This document shows positions 62,901-64,000 of a stretch of DNA of 64,000 bases, piece after piece (position 1 is the stretch's first letter; each line of letters starts with the position of its first letter). The stretch spans positions 248,001 to 312,000 of the forward strand of contig MCFH01000023.1 of NCBI GenBank assembly GCA_002104945.1. The letters are read 5' to 3'. This DNA comes from Piromyces finnis finn. Taxonomy: Eukaryota; Fungi; Neocallimastigomycota. The position numbers were made by a program, and so were the translations under genes. A model generated the notes under the pieces. It was not told where the DNA came from. It worked only from the letters and a program-made list of their open reading frames with translations, and did no database searches.

Positions 62901-64000
62901 TGTAATCAATGAGCTTACGGTAGATTTTAATTCTTTTAATAAATTCATCTATATCATAAATTCTTTCTTTTTTAAATCTTTTATACAACTTCATTTTGAT
63001 TTTTTGAAGATTAAAAATTTGTTGTGAAATATGAAATGAAGACTTTATAACATTATTTGCTGAGGTAATACTGAGCTCGTCTGCAATTGAAAAAGCAGTT
63101 GAAGTAAACTCTTTGGAAAGTTCATCTGTAGAAACATTAGGATCGTTGAATTTTGCTGAAAGTATTTGGAATTTATTATGACTAAGAATAGATTCCTTTT
63201 CCTCAATATATTTTAATCTATTCCATTTCAGAATTTTCTTAGGAACATTAAAGTCAATAGAAAAATCATCCATAGGAATAATTTTACCATTAATAAGAAG
63301 TGGCTTATGGTCTGATACAGGATAAAAATTATTTATAAATGATCCTGAGTGAATAAGATCTTTCATCTTCGAATTGATAAGAGCATGGTCAATGTCGGAA
63401 GATTGATCACCTCGAGTCCAAGAGATAGTAGACCCTCTAAGCGGAAGAATTTCCCAATCTCCTAATCCATTAGTTGATAACCAGTTGGATAATTTTACTT
63501 TAGACATATTAAAATCACCAACAAGAATCGATGGATGGGATGAATGAGTTTGTAACCACAAGCGAACTTCTAACTTTGCATGATCAACATAGATGTTGTG
63601 ATGACTATGAGGCATATAAACATTTCCAATCGAGCATTTGAATCTATTCCAGAGACTAAAAGTATAAATAGAAATAATATACTTTCCAGAGAAGTTTTCA
63701 AGTGAGGCTTGACACGAATTGTGAAAACCTAAATATAAACCTCTCATTCCAGGAACTGATTCGTCAGCTTTCTTGAAAAAGTGTCTATAGTTTCGCAAAG
63801 TAACACGACAAGGATAATCTGTATTCGATCCAGAACCATTACCAGTTTCTTGGAAACATAAGAATAATGGTTTGAAAATAGCTGTGAAATAGCTAATACT
63901 ATCTCTCTTTTCGTGATTCCACCCATTGGTGTTCCAACTAAGACAAAAAGAAAAGTTATCAGGCTTGTTGGATGAGGAAGAATCGTTGCTATTATTATTA
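59885..64000 (-). mobile_element. Non-LTR retrotransposon (LINE) with APE endonuclease, reverse transcriptase and a C-terminal Cys/His motif; 5' end lies beyond the window
   Basis: APE motifs SWNTNG, CFQET (63990-63850 region, upstream of the ORF track start), LVGDFN, SDIDH and SDHKP. RT motifs QFGFR, FLDLRKAYDSV, GVRQGCPLSPILFNLFIND, LFADDI and YTYLG. C-terminal CPCCKC..SIKHWLLDCP. 3'UTR about 59916-60153; poly-A tail 59885-59915. Confidence 0.97.
60154..64000 (-). pseudogene. LINE ORF2 interrupted by a single in-frame nonsense codon (TGA at 62262-62260)
   Basis: ORFs 62260..63798 and 60154..62229 are in the same frame. DNY*GISL corresponds to the conserved NYRGISL motif. Confidence 0.85.

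Overview
A very AT-rich eukaryotic window with short GT-AG introns, fungal double-dockerin (CBM10) modules and long poly-A/T intergenic tracts. This is most consistent with an anaerobic gut fungus (Neocallimastigomycota); the taxon is inferred from composition and domains. I reconstructed about 15 protein genes, several only by manual splicing that the ORF track misses. They are: three lineage-type ankyrin genes (one a giant ankyrin protein ending in two MATH/TRAF domains encoded by 7 small exons), a CBM52x2-GH64 glucanase, two paralogous 7TM proteins, a small HSP, two paralogous secreted pre-pro-PLA2 proteins (one fused to LysM + CBM18), a dockerin-GH105, a YczE-type membrane/cytidylate-kinase-like fusion, a YeiH-family transporter, TRM13, a Cys-rich membrane protein and a dockerin-CE1 esterase. 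The right end holds an APE-RT LINE, plus a 5'-truncated copy nested with a target-site duplication inside an older copy of the same family. The best candidate for an undescribed system is the LysM-CBM18-prodomain-KR-PLA2 precursor and its paralog. All family assignments are by motif recognition; no database search was run.
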